DNA of 64,000 nucleotides from Eledone cirrhosa. Its lineage: Eukaryota. This document shows, piece after piece, positions 12,024 through 25,494 of the stretch. The first letter of the stretch is position 1; every line of letters begins with the position of its first letter. Below the pieces are notes generated by a model. The model did not search any database. It was given only the letters and a program-made list of their open reading frames with translations, and was not told the origin of the DNA. A program made the translations under genes and the position numbers. The stretch is taken from contig OZ024741.1 of assembly GCA_964016885.1 (NCBI GenBank), positions 232,376,001-232,440,000 of the forward strand. Reading direction: 5' to 3'.

Positions 12024-13664
12024 TTGCCAACTTTTAAGATCCAGGGGCAGATTTACCACTTGATTGGGTCTATTCAGCCTCTGGCAGAAAAGGACCCCCA
12101 ATTTCTTCAGTTATACTTCGTTGGAAACTATCAGGAGCAGGCAGAGATGCGAAATTCTCTTTCGTCCGAAACTAACATTGGAACCATAATAAAACTTCAA
12201 GAAATGCTTCATGACAAAAACAGCTATGTTCCCAGTTTCAAGTACGCTTTAGAAAGAGGCACCGACCAAAACTTTAGAGTGGTCATACATGCAGACCGAA
12301 GGCCATCTGGAGGACACGCTGGTCGGTTCAACGCACAAACATGTAATGAGATTGATGCGGTTATTTGTGGTGAACAGCACAAGAGAGATATTATTCTAAA
12401 GCACCGAGACAGCACATTACAGCGTATCAATGAGACACACTGGTCCTACGATGCACTCCTCTATCCATTGCTATTTCTCAACGGCGAGGACGGATACCAT
12501 TTCGGCATTCCTCAACATTCGGCAGGCAATGGTGAGGCACATCTTAGCAAAACTGTCACCTGCATGGATTTCTACGCTTTCCGATTTATGGTAAGGGACA
12601 ATCCATTCAACTATCTACACCGTTCTCGGGACCTTTTCCAACAATTTGCTGTTGATATGACCGTTAAAATGGAGTCCGAGAGATTATGGTCCATTATATT
12701 AAATCGAAAGAAACTTCGATCTGAATGCTACATTCGTCTACGAGATGGAATTAACAACGACATATCCCCAGACAATTTAGGGCAAGTGTGTATTTTGCCT
12801 TCAACGTTCACAGGGGGATCCCGATACATGCACGAGAGGACTCAGGACACCATGACTTACGTACGACATTATGGGCGCCCCAACCTTTTCATAACGTTAC
12901 ATGCAATCCCAAGTGGAAGGAGATTACAAACGAACTGTTCCACGGTCAAGCGCATGCACGATGTCATAGTAAGAGTGTTTCGCCAGAAATTATCCAAATT
13001 AATGGATTTATTAAAGAAAGGACAGGTTTTTTGGTTCGTCAGGTGCGACATGTATACGGTTGAATGGCAGAAACGAGGGCTGCCGTATGCCCATATCTTG
13101 ATTTGGTTAGTTACAAAAATCAGTTCAAACTATATCGACAAATTCATTCCTGACGAACTACCTGATCGGTCGATTGATAAGGACCTCTTCTCTATAGTCA
13201 CATCAAACATGGTCCATGGTCCTTGCAGACATGGACTCAATATGAAGTCCCCGTGCATACACGACGGAAAGTGTACAAAACGATATCCCAGGCCGTTTTT
13301 ACAGGAAACACAGACTGGCGCTGACGGATATCCGTTGTATAGGCACAGGAGAACTGAAGACGGTGGGTTCACAGCAAAAGTTGGTGAACGCGAAATCGAC
13401 AACAGCTGGTTAGTGCCATATTGCCCCCTCCTCTTGAAAGTGTTCTACGCCCATATAAACGTCGAATTTTGCAACTCAGTAAAATCAATTAAATACGTTT
13501 GTAATTACGTAAACAAGGGATCAGATGCTGCCGTCCTTGGTCTTCGTCATGAAAACAGTAGAGACGAGGTATCTGACTACCAAGCAGGCCGATACATTAG
13601 CAGCAATGAAGCCGTTTGGCACGTTTTTAAGCTTCCCACTGTACCAACGACACCCCGTCATTAA
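12024..13664 (+). pseudogene. Helitron Rep (HUH endonuclease) domain, largest open segment
   Basis: 546-aa ORF with Helitron motifs (LFQQFAVDM, ILPSTFTGG.RYM, EWQKRGLPYAH, HINVEFCNSVKSIKY). Frameshifts follow it. Confidence 0.9.
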
Positions 13665-16195
13665 ACAACTTGCCGTTCACCTTCAAAACGGTCAACAAGT
13701 GTATTTCAACGATGCAACAGCTGCTCAGCAGGCAATCTCACCAAAGGAAACTACATTCACCGCTTTTTTCAAACTTTGTCAACACGACAACTTCGCTTGA
13801 ACCCTGCTGTATTCTGAAATACCGTCTTACTATACATGGAACTGGACAGAATGGCTACGAAAGAAGGTAGGGCAAGAGGTGGTTGGACATCCAGGCATCA
13901 AATTCGACAATTGCCTTAGGCGAGTTTAAACAGTCCACCCTACCCAACACGAATGTTCTACCTGCGACTTCTGCTTCATGAGGTAAGAGGGCTGACCAGC
14001 TTCAATCATTGTGAACCGTCGATGGATACCCCTGCGGAACGTACAGGGAAGCCTGCCTGAGGCGTGGACTTTTAGAAGATGGGGCACAATGAGATGCAAC
14101 CTTCACGGAAGCTGCCATCTCACAATCATCTCGTAGTCTAAGAGCACTTATTGCTATCCTCTTGCACATCTGTGAATTGAGCGATCCTTATTCTTTATGG
14201 CAAAACTGTAAAGATGATTTCGCAGGCGAATATAGGCCTCTCGCTCAACTGCAATCTTAAAACTGAGATGTCGGCTTTTCAGACGCTATATATAACAGAG
14301 CTCTGATCGATATTGAAGACACAGTGGCTTCGATGGTCGGAGATGTCTTGGAGAAATATGGGCTTCCGCAAACATTTCGAGATGCGCCATCTGACATTCC
14401 CAACGACGTTATACGTGAAACAACATATGATGTCGACGAACTCAAAAGGTATGTTGAAGAAAATGAACCAAAACTTCTAATGGATCAAAAACAAGCCTAC
14501 AACATTGTCGTTGATTCCATACGTAATCGGGGACGGGGTAAATTCTTCCTGGGCGCACCTGGAGGCACGGGCAAAACATTTGTAATCAAACTTTTATTCG
14601 CTGCAGTGAGGCAACACGGAAACATCGCATTGGCCGTGGCTTCTTCCGGCATTGCAGCAACTTTGCTGCCTGGTGGCAGGACGGCCCATTCTGCCTTCAG
14701 TCATCCTCCCAACGTGGCATCATCTGAGACACCCACGTGCAACATCAACAAGTCTTCCGGAAAGCAGTGGTGTTACAACGCTGCCTACTAATTGTTTGGG
14801 ACGAAAGCACAATGGCCCACAGGGCGACTTTCAGGGCATTAAACCGGTCACTCAGAGACGTCAGGCACTGTCAAGAACCAACAGGAGGTGTCACTTTCCT
14901 GTTATTTGGGGATTTCTGACAGACTCTGCCTGTATTCCCCAAAGGTACGCGGGTTGATGAGGTTGGTGCATGCCTTAAGGCCTCCCCACTTTGGTGTTAT
15001 TTAAGAAAGCTGACGCTTACAACAAACATCAGAGTACAACTGCAAGGTGATGAGACATCAGCGGGTTTTGCTGCTGCCATTTTGTTGTTAGGATGGCAAA
15101 GTCCCACTCGACGGAGATAGTGCAGCGGACCTCACAGGAATTTTCAGATGCGTTACGGACATGTGCTTTTCATAATCTTGAGGAGAACTACACAAATCAA
15201 GAGTGGTTGTGTGAACACGCAATATTGGCTTCGAAAGACCACATAGTTGGAAACATCAATGAGCAGCTTATGCTGTGCTTGGCTGGAAACCTGCACGTCT
15301 TCAAGTCCCTTGACTCTATGGCTGATCCGGTCGAAGTTGTTAATTACTCCAGGGAATTTCTTAACTCCCTAGACCCTCCCGGATTGCCACCACATTTATT
15401 GCGACTTAAGAAAGGTGCCTCTGTCATGCCCCTCAGGAATTTGTAACCCCAAAGGTTTTCCAGCGGCACGCGTCTGGTCATCCAAAAGGCGATGCCTCAT
15501 GTTATTGAGGCAACAATACTTACAGGTTGTGGTAAGGGGATACTGTCTTCATACCAAGCATACCTCACATTCCAGCCGGTAAAGTCATTCCTTTCACATT
15601 CAGAGGGCCGCAATTCCCTCTGCGGCTCAGTTTCGCCATGTCAATTAACAAATAACAGGGTCAGACGCTGGCGGTCGTAGGGCTTAATTTAGAAGAACCG
15701 TGCTTCTCCCATGATCAACTATATGTTGGCTGCTCTCGAATGGGGGGGGGGGGCCGACATAGCCTATTTGCTTTTGCAGCTCGCGAGAAAACCCAAATAT
15801 ATTCTATAGGGAAGTTTTGTAGGCACCCCATCCGCCAACAAGTAATCACTGTTTTTTTTTAAATATATAAGTGCTTACATTTGCTGTATCCGTGTGCTAC
15901 TTTTGTCCTTTTGAAAATATCACGTACGCCTCTGTTACTTTTGCTATACGTTATAAATGTTCAATGTCTCCGTTTTCCGCATTTATATGTTGCTATTACG
16001 CTTTGCTATCGATGTTCCGTAGTTTCAACCTAATTAATCTACTTTTCCCTACATCTTATTTACACATTTTTTTGACATTCCAGCGTGATCTTGCCAAGGC
16101 CGTTTTTGTGCCCACCGATTGTTACATGATTTTCTAGGTTACAATCTCAAATAACAAGCAAAGCAAATACGACACACCAAAGTGGTGTGAAGGAC

Positions 16196-16595
16196 TTCTT
16201 AAGGGCCATCAACTCTGATCGGAGTCGTCTTTGCTGACAGCTCTGCCGCTGAGACTTTTAAGAGTGAACGATCCAAAGCCCTCTTCAGGGCTACCAAGTT
16301 TAAATTGTTACCATCGGATTCATCTTTGCTGGCAGCACCGCCACTGAGATATTTCAAAGTGAACGTTAAACGTTCCTCTTCAGGGCCACCAACTATAAAT
16401 TGTTATCGCTGGATTCGTCTTTGCTGGCAGCACCGTCGCTGAGACTTTTAAGAGTGAACGATCCAAGGCTCTCTTTAGGGCCACGAACTTTAAATTGTTA
16501 CCATCGGATTCGTCTTTGCAGGCAGCACCGCCGCGGAGATATTTCAAAGTGAACGTTCAAAGGCCATCTTTAGGGCCAACACCTATAATTTGTTA
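16196..16595. repeat. 95-bp tandem repeat (~4 copies, 190-bp dimeric periodicity) in the Helitron 1 3' region
   Basis: .TCTT(C/T)AGGG at 16281, 16376, 16471 and 16566; GAGACTTTTAAGAGTGAACGATCCAA at 16251 and 16441. Confidence 0.9.
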
Positions 16596-17441
16596 CTTCT
16601 ATAGTCGTGTTTAACGGAAGTCTTTCGGTTCATTTGAACGACTACTCCATTGAGAGTTATACCAGGCAACGCCGGGTACCTCTTCTAGTACTATCTAAAT
16701 ACATATATAAACGAATTCTCATCTTTGAAAACATCTAATATAAAATACATTATAATCATATACAATAGAATATAGTAAATGTGTCTACTTATATCCACAT
16801 ATATCTTAATTGTATATTTCTTTAAAAGTAAATACTAGAATTAAATCTTTTCCTTTATAATGTAACATGCTTAAACATTCCTTCTACGTAAAAACTAAAA
16901 TTTACATAAATATTAAGTTTTTTGTTTATTTTCGTTGACTTTTTTTTTGTGAATGTTTCCTATCTTGATGGAACTATCTGAATGTACCAAATAATCTTCT
17001 CAAATGTATAACTACGTCCTTTTCTTAGCTATATATTGAAAATGTAAACACAAAATTCTTCGTAACCCTTAACATATATTAAACAAATTTAAACTATCTA
17101 TCTAGTGAAAATAACAACATATATACTCACCAAAAATATTTATATAAATACTTATATAAATAAATGGGAAAAATGAAATTTCATTTCTCAATCTTAGTAC
17201 GGATGATACCTAAATATAAGTAATGTATCCGTACATACATATATGTATACAGACATACAGTAGTATGTATATACATGCATACAGTCACATATATATATAT
17301 ATATATGTACGAATGGGTTTACCGAACATTTATTATAATGTTCGGTTTGTTTGTAAACAAACAGCCCGAATTATTAGCCGTACAGTGTTCGGCAACCATC
17401 GTTTCCATTTTGTTCAAAACTGACAAAGGAACGATGAAATA

Positions 17442-17467
17442 GTTTCTAGCTTATTAGCTGTCATCAG
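17442..17467 (-). ncRNA. Hammerhead-ribozyme-like core of the PLE/retrozyme type, probably incomplete
   Basis: Minus strand reads CTGATGA-CAGCT-AATA-AGCTA-GAAAC. Stem I and stem III partners are not convincingly present. Confidence 0.45.
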
Positions 17468-17965
17468 CACCGTATACCTTCCTGTCAGTTGATTGAACGT
17501 TTGAAAGTATATACTTTCCTTATGCATATTAACGGCTGATTAATTTTGTCTTTTTCAGGGTATGTCAATATTTATTTATAAAACTAATCTGTATTGTATT
17601 TTATCTGATAAAAGCGCACCACAACTTTCCTTGGTGCCCTTGAAATATGTATAATAAAATAAATATGGTTTCATAAATATAGTTTCCATTTGTTAATATA
17701 TTGTATATTTACTCCAATAATTTGTTGAGTGCTTTATATCAGTTATAAAAATATTTTTAAGCTTGTTGTATCCCAACAAATTAAATATAACCTCTGCATA
17801 TATATATATGTGTGTGCATGTATGTATTTACATTCTACTGTACGTCTGTATACATATATGTATGTACGTATACATACTTATATACTTATATAAATAACCC
17901 GTTGTAATATAATAAACTAAAATATACTTACTACCTTAAAATATACTTATAAATATTATCTAATT

Positions 17966-18143
17966 GGCAGTATCTGTAGAGGGTCGGACGCCATGCTTTC
18001 CAGTATAGAGTTACGTACCTTTACGGTCTGAGTTCAAATCCCACCTAGGTTAACTTTGTCTTTCATCCTTACTGGATTGATAAAAAAAGTACCAGTAATG
18101 CACTGGGATAATTACTGTTCTTGTGCCAAAAGTAGAAACAATT
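17966..18143 (+). mobile_element. Octopus-type SINE
   Basis: Colinear with 9042-9217. Confidence 0.85.
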
Positions 18144-18994
18144 AACTATATATTATCTATTATCTATATAATATTATAACTCATGATTTAAATAGATCCA
18201 ATAATTAGTTGTATATCTCAATTTTCAAAAATGTTAAATTGGTATTCTACCACTTCAACACATTTTTAACTCTCATAGTATTTTATAGATACTACCAAAA
18301 TATATGATTATCTAATTAAATAATTAAATATAATTATATCACTCTCCTTACACCATCACTAATATGATCCATATAATTTTATCTTAATAATAATAGTGTA
18401 TTTCTAATAATCATTCCTTAAATTTTCTTACACCTTAATATTAATTATTAGACTCTATTTTTATCTTCTTCCCTCTATGAATTATCCTAATAATTATTTA
18501 AATTTACCTAACGTTTAAATATAACGATCTTTTTTCAGCCTTACGTTTCAACCTCATTTACATATTCATCCTAAAGATTTGAAATTTTTCTTTCAGTATC
18601 CAAACTGAAACTGAACCGATATGGTCTGGTTTCTTGCGTATGTCACTATTTATAAAACAAATGTTAATCTACTAAATTGCGTGGCTGTTGATTAAATATA
18701 TTTTGTTTATTTAAAATTTCACTTCTTTAAAATTTCTGAAATGTCAACATTCCGGTTGGCCATCGCTTAATTAAACATACTAATTTTCTCCTAATGCAGT
18801 TTATATATAATATCGTCTTTTTTAATGTATCATGGATTACGTTAATGACTAAATAAGACAGTCAGCGTTCAATTTCTATGTATTATATACTGTCAATTAC
18901 GATTTTATTTGACGTATCATATCTACATGTATATATACTTGCGTATAATATCAATATACACACTACACATGCTAGCAGAAAACCACCCGAGGGG

Positions 18995-19087
<93 letters not shown>

Positions 19088-19089
19088 GT

Positions 19090-19575
19090 ACATCTACCAA
19101 CATATGTGTACAGATGTACACTAATGCTAGCAAATATATAAGTTATGTCTTAGTACCTATGTGGTTGTATGCAGGTGAATGCAGAACAATTATATGAAAG
19201 ACGTAAAATAAGAAAATTTTAAAAATTAAAACTCAACTTACTTACTAAGATTTTCACTCCAACTAATTAGTTTCTGTAATGGGATGAATATAGTTACATA
19301 ATATATATAACTATAGAGAATTCATTACGCCATCAGGGTGTCTATTCTCAGCTAAGTTCCCAGGCAATGCGCGGACACTAGGAACCCATATAAAAATAAA
19401 ATTCAGTAGATGGAATGAAGCTAGCGTGGACTAAATTCCGGAGCACTGAAAACATTGCACTGCCTCTGGTCAGTGGCAGATTCTAAAGAATCAATCACGT
19501 GACACCGAGGTTAATCAGTTAGGAGCGGGGTGGTATTATGACAAGAGCCTACTATTACCATGAAACAGCAGTAAA
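19090..19575 (+). repeat. ~480-bp segment duplicated at ~62355-62830
   Basis: Shared blocks ATGCTAGCAAATATATA, GCAGAACAAT, ACGTAAAATAAGAAAATT, AAAGAATCAATCACGTGACA. Confidence 0.85.
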
Positions 19576-19826
19576 TTTGGGCCAGTTTGTATATGCATAC
19601 GCTTGTATATTCATACGCAATCTAATTTGTACATCGGTTTGTGGTATAGAGAAGGCTGAATAGTTTGTGTATATCTGACAGATTCCTTCTCTTGGAAAAC
19701 CCTAAGTAATCATGAACTTTGACCTTTTATTGTGCCCGAAATCTATATCCTTCTAACCTTGCAGAGCTTCCATCTTAGGCTATCTCTCTATATATATTTA
19801 CGATAGTTGTGTATTCTCTTTCACAG

Positions 19827-19970
19827 AATGCAAACCCGGATTTTACGGAGCTAACTGTGAACATAATTGTACAGATTGTGTAGACATGGCATGTGATATG
19901 AATAATGGTAAATGTGAAAAAGGTTGTATCAAAGGTATGACTTGGAATGAAGAAATTATGAGATGTAAAG
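19827..19970 (+). CDS. EGF-like exon 1 (144 bp, phase 1/1, open): xCKPGFYGANCEHNCTDCVDMACDMNNGKCEKGCIKGMTWNEEIMRCK
   Basis: tttcacag|AA ... AAAG|gtaagt. Eight Cys in a CxxGxYGxxCxxxCxxCxxxxCxxxxGxCxxGC spacing resembling MEGF10/SCARF-type laminin-EGF repeats. Confidence 0.85.
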
Positions 19971-20729
19971 GTAAGTGAATTTACGGATATATGTGTGAAT
20001 ATAATTGTACAGATTGTCTAAACATGTCATGTGGAAGTTTTATTGGTGAATGTCTGCTGGTTGTAATACAGGAAAGGAATGGGATGAACATTTTAGTAAA
20101 AGTAAAGGTAAGTGACATTTTAGTTGGGAAGATATTACTTTTTACTTGGTCGTTCTATAAATGCTGTGTGTCGAAAGTGTTGTTAGAGTGTGGGGAATAA
20201 AGACTTGGGGTACTTATTCCGTTTTCTGTATCCATCTAGGACTGAATTTGTTTACGAATGTTGATGACATGTGCGGTGGCAATATTTGTCTCGGCATTAC
20301 GCATTCTGAGCTTATATTCCAATATATCCTATTAGGTAAAGTGAGACGTAACATTTCACTCCATTTATGTCAACCTGGCCCTTGGTTGTTTTTAGCAGAG
20401 TTTATTCTTTTGTAATTATTTGAACATGACTCTGGTTTGACTATAAATTCATTGGTATTACAAGTCAACTTAATGAAAGTTAAACTTGACCCTTCTCTAG
20501 GTAAACAAAACTTGCTAATGTTTTGAGATGATGGGCTCTATCCTTCATGCTTTGATTAAGCGAAAAGAAGAAAATATGTGGCAAATAGCTTATAAAGAGG
20601 GCTCCTCAGAAATCATCACTCTCATAGTATAATTCTCACCTCCTTTTGAAAGCAATACACTTTACTTGCATCATACTATTTAACATACATAATACATAGA
20701 GACGCTAATACTAGTAGAACAGACATTAA

Positions 20730-21200
20730 TTAAATGCACCACCAGCCGAAATTTGTTCAGCTTTTATTTCTATCGCATTATGTCTTTGATCTGTTAGACG
20801 GAAAATACAATCAGCCAGGTAGCACCTTCGTTCCGCCATTTCACTTAGAATGATTGTGATTTGCTCTGCTCGGCATTGTTTTATTTGTAAACGAAGTTCA
20901 TCATTTGATCTTTTGTAATCTTTCTCAGCCAAAATTGATGGAGCACATTCAGCTTTCTCGAAATTGTTGCTCTGTTTTCAGGTCGCTTTAGCATACACAG
21001 CTGTGTGGAGAACGACTGTGTCGTAGAGACGAAGTTTGACATCTGCACTCATATTTGAGCCTGGGGCAAAAAAGTGCATTCACTGTAACAACTACACCGC
21101 CTTTCCAATTTTGCTGATGACGTCCAGTTCATTGTTGCTTTTGTTGGTTCACTTCACTGCGGCTTCCTTAAATGGTGTTGTCTCCCTCCATCATCAACTA
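20730..21200 (-). mobile_element. Ancient RTE-like LINE C-terminal fragment, co-duplicated in most array introns
   Basis: Minus-strand remnants ISKIGKA..SADVKLRLYDTVV...AVYAKAT..ERRCYLA..FRLTDQR resemble the post-RT region of RTE LINEs. Paralogues at ~22470-22940, 24420-24910, 29840-30090, 32190-32660, 33580-34090, 35440-35900 and 37140-37640. Confidence 0.65.
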
Positions 21201-21618
21201 ACCCAATATTTAGCTGCTACAGATTTGTACTAGTTTCTGCTATTAAGGCGATGTTGACAGACTTGTGTGTTCTCTCCATGAAATTCATTCTCTGGTTCTA
21301 CCATGAGGGTGCGTGTCTGTGTGTGTTGGATCATATATGAGTTTTTAATTATTATGCAAAATGTTCGCGTTTGTTTAGTCATACACAATCCCTTTGAAAG
21401 ATATTAGTTTGTACATTGGTGTATGGTGCGGAGAAAGCTGAAGCGTCTTGCGCGTTTCTGGTATCCACCGTGTCTCGGAAAACACTCAGTGATCAGGAAC
21501 CTTTTGATAAGTTTAAGTTTAATTGTGTACGAATGCCTTCCCTCGTAGCCTTGCAAAGCTTCCATCGTAGGATATATGTATATATATATTTACGATAGTT
21601 GTGTATTCTCTTTCACAG

Positions 21619-21762
21619 AATGCAAACCTGAATATTACGGATTGAAGTGTGCAAATAATTGTACAGATTGTGTAGACATGGCATGTGATAAGTATATTGG
21701 TAAATGTGAAAATGGTTGTATCGAAGGTATGGCTTAGGATGACGAAATTATGAGATGTAAAT
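21619..21762 (+). pseudogene. EGF-like exon 2 (144 bp) with in-frame TAG at the conserved Trp position
   Basis: cag|AATGCAAACCTGAA ... GGT ATG GCT TAG GAT ... AAAT|gtaagt. Confidence 0.8.
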
Positions 21763-23362
21763 GTAAGTGAAATTTTCGATGGAAAGATATTACATTTTGC
21801 CTGGTCATTCTATAAATGCTGTGTGTCGGTGGTGAAGGTGTTGGTAGAGTGTAGAACAAAATGTCTTGGTGTACTTGTTTCGTTTTCTGTATCCATCTAG
21901 GGCGGGAATTATTTGAGAATTACACGACATGCGTGGTGGCAATATTTATCGCTTCATTACGCATTCTAAGTTTTCATTCCAATATATCCTCTATTAGTGG
22001 AAAGTGATAATTAAACTTTCACTCCGTTTATCTCAACCTAACCCTTGGTTGTTTTAGAGGAGTTTAGCCTCTTGCAATTATTTTAACAAACCTCTGGTTT
22101 AACGATACATTCATTGGTATAACAAGGCAACTTAATGATATTTAAACTTAACCCTTCTCCAGGTAAAAGAATTCTCTAATTTTTCGCGTCCGTTGCGCCT
22201 GATATTCACTGTAAGGTTAACATACAACTTAATCTTGTAAGTCCGGAAAACCTTGACATGGATCATGGGCTCTATCCTTCATGCTTTGATTAAGCGAAAA
22301 GTAGAAAAATATGTTGTAAATCATAGGTTATAAAGAGAGCTCCCCAGAAATCATCAATCTGATAATATAATTGTCATCTCCTCTTTAAAAGCAATTCACT
22401 TTATTTGCATCATACAATTTAGCATTCATAATACATAGAATCGCTAATCCTAGTAGAATGGACACTAATTAAATGTATCGACATCTGAAATTCGGTCTGC
22501 TCTTCTTGCAGTTGCATCTTGGAGACGTTCAAGTCAACACTATTGTTGAATGTCGTTGATCGGGTAGATGGAAAATATCGTCAGCCAGGAAGAACCATTT
22601 TCAGCCATTTTACTAAGAGTGGTTGTGACTTGCTCTCCACTGAATTCTGCTATTAGTAAACTAGGTTTGCCTGGTTATCTTATTTAAACTTTCTGAGGCA
22701 GTTTTCTGGCAATCTTTGGTGTGTTTTCACGTCGGTTTAGCATACACGGTGTGGAGAAGGGCTGTGTCGTATAGACAAATTTTGACATTTGCCGTCATAG
22801 TTGAGGCTGAGCAAACAAAGCGCATTCACTGGAATACCTTTACCGCGTCACTAATTCTGCTGATGACGTCCAGTTTTATTGTTGCTATTGTTGGATAACT
22901 TCACTGCGGTTTCCTAATTGTTCTTGTTGCCCACCATAGTCAACTAACCCAATATTTAGCTGCTACAGATTTGAACTGTTTTCTGTTAATATAGCGAAGT
23001 TTACAGACTTTCTCTCCATGGAATTCATTGGCTGGTTCCATCATGTGTGTACGTGTCTGTGTGTGTTGGTACATATATGAGTTTTCAATTGTTATTTAGC
23101 AAAGTTCTCGCGCTTTTTTATTCATACGCTATCCCTTTGAAAGACAGTATTTTATAAATCGCTTTATGGTCCAGAGAACGCTGAAGAGGTTTGTGTGTAT
23201 CTGACAGCCTCCTTCCCCCGAAATTCCTTCAGTAATATGAACTTTGACAGGAGTTGAGCTTTTATTGTGCCCGAAATCTATCCCTTCTAACCTTGCAAAG
23301 CTTCCATCGTAGGATATCTGTATGTATATATATTTATGATAGTTGTGTCTTCTCTTTCACAG

Positions 23363-23506
23363 AATGCAAACTCGGATATTACGGATTCAAATGTGCAAAT
23401 AATTGTACAGATTGTGAAGACATGGCATGTGATAAGTATATTGGTAACTGTGAAAAAGGGTGTATCAGCGGTATGATTTGGGATGAAGAAATTATAAAAT
23501 GTGTAG
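23363..23506 (+). CDS. EGF-like exon 3 (144 bp, open): xCKLGYYGFKCANNCTDCEDMACDKYIGNCEKGCISGMIWDEEIIKCV
   Basis: cag|AA ... GTAG|gtaagt. Visible at the end of ORF 23254-23514. Confidence 0.85.
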
Positions 23507-25350
23507 GTAAGTGAAATTACGGATATATGTGTGAATATAATTGTGTAGATTGTCTAAACATGTCATGCGGAAGTTTTAATGGTGAATGTCACCTCGGTTG
23601 TAAGTTAGGATAGGAATGAAATGAAAGTTTTAGTAAAAGTTTTATTAAAAGTTTTAGTAAAAGTGTATGTCAGGCAGGGAATTGGGTGAAAATGTTAGTA
23701 AATGCAAAGGTAAGTGAAATTTTCGTTCGGAAGATATTAATTTTTAACTGGACGTTCTATAAATGTTGTGTGTCGGAAGTGTAATTAGAGTTTAGAACAA
23801 AATGGTCTGGGGTACTTGTTCATTTTTCTGTATCCATATAGGACTGGAATTGTTTAAGAATTTAGATGACACATGTGGTGGCAATAATTGTCTCGGCATT
23901 ACTCATTCTGAGGGTATATCCCAATATATCTTATTAGGGTAAAGTGAGACGTAATATGTCACTCTGTTTATCTCAACCTGGCCCTTGGTTCTTATTAGCA
24001 GAGTTTATTATCTTGCAATTATTTGAACATAAATCTGGTTTGAATATAAATTCATTGGTATAACAAGTCAACTTAATGATATTTAAACTTAACCCTTCTC
24101 AAGATAAACAAAATTCGTTAATTTTTTTAGTCCACTGTATTTTTGAGTTCACAGATATTCATTGTAAATATAACGTGCAACTTAATCTTGTAAGTCCGGT
24201 AATCCTTCACATGAATCATGGGCTCAATCCTTCATACTTTGATTAAGCGAAAAGCAGAAAATATATGACAAACCATAGCTTATAAAAAGTGCTCATCAGA
24301 AATCATCACTCTCATAGTATAATCCTCATGTCCTTTGGAAAGCAATAGACGTTACTTGCATCATACAATTTAGCATATGTAATGCATTGAGACTCTAATC
24401 CTAGTAAAACAGACACTAATTAAATGCATCGTCAACCAAAATTCGGTCACCTTTTATGTCGTTGCATTATATCGTTGATCAGTTAGACGGAAAATACGAT
24501 CAGCCAGGTAGAAAGTTCTTTCCGCCATACTACTTACAACGATTGTGATTTGCTCTCCACTGCATCTTTTTTTTCTTTTTTTTTTAAACGAGATTCACCA
24601 TTTGATATTTTGTAATCTTTCCGAGCCAACTTTGATGGAGCACATTCAGCTTTCTCGAAATCTTTGCTGTGTTTTCGGGTCGCTTTAGCATACACAGCTG
24701 TGCGGAGAACGACTGTGTCGTAGAGACAAAGTTTGACATCTGCACTCATACTTGAGCCTGAGCAAACAAAGCTCATTCACTGGAACATTTTCACCGCCTT
24801 TCCAATTCTGCTGATGACGTCCATTTCATTGTTACTTTTATTGGATCACTTCACTGCGGCTTCATTAAATGGTGTAGTCTCCATCCATCATCAACTAACC
24901 CAAAATTTAGCTGCTACAGATTTGAACTAGTTCCTGCTATTGAGGCGATGTTGACAGACTTGTGTGTTCTCACCATGAAATTCATTCGCTGGTTCTACCA
25001 TGAGGGTGCGTGTCTGTGTGTGTTGGATCATATATGAGTTTTTAATTGTTATTTTCCAAACTTCTCGCGTATGTTTAGGCATACACAATCCCTTTGAAAG
25101 ACATTAGTTTGTACATTGGTGTATGGTCTGGAGAAAGCTGAAGCAGCTTGTGTGTTTCTGGTAGCCCCAAAACCCCCAATCCCCACAAAACCCCCAACCC
25201 CGTCTCTCGGGAACGCCTCAGTAATCATGAACTTTGTCTTCAGTTGAACTTTTGTTGGGCACGAAATATATCCCTTCTAGCATTGTGAAGCTTCCATCGT
25301 AGGCTATCTCTCTCTATATATTTACGATAGTTGTGTATTGTCTTTCACAG

Positions 25351-25494
25351 AATGTAAATGTGGATATTACGGATTGAAGTGTGCAAATAATTGTACAGAT
25401 TGTGTAGACTGGGCATGTGATAAGTATATTGGTAAATGTGAAAAAGGTTGTATTCGCGGTTTGAGTTGGGATAACTGAATTATAAGATGTAAAG
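25351..25494 (+). pseudogene. EGF-like exon 4 (144 bp) with in-frame TGA and an extra Cys
   Basis: xCKCGYYGLKC...CIRGLSWDN*IIRCK; weaker donor gtaaat. Confidence 0.8.

Larger units (their letters stand above)
11347..16688 (+). mobile_element. Helitron 1 (Rep-PIF1 helicase), 5'-truncated and frameshifted, with intact 3' end
   Basis: Rep motifs VEWQKRGLPYAHILIW and KYVCNYVNKG (ORF 12024-13664); Walker A GAPGGTGKT (14324-14791); WDES and GDF motifs; 3' hairpin ACCAGGCAACGCCGGGTA then CTAG (16685-16688) followed by T. Confidence 0.95.

Noticed and set aside
2623-19826. Signal-peptide or first exon and promoter of the EGF receptor gene
   Set aside because: No convincing ATG plus hydrophobic stretch plus phase-1 donor was found by eye. 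It probably lies outside the window or was missed.
25476-25478. TGA in exon 4, or in the shadow junctions, as selenocysteine
   Set aside because: It is not at a Cys-homologous position, and I could not identify a SECIS element.
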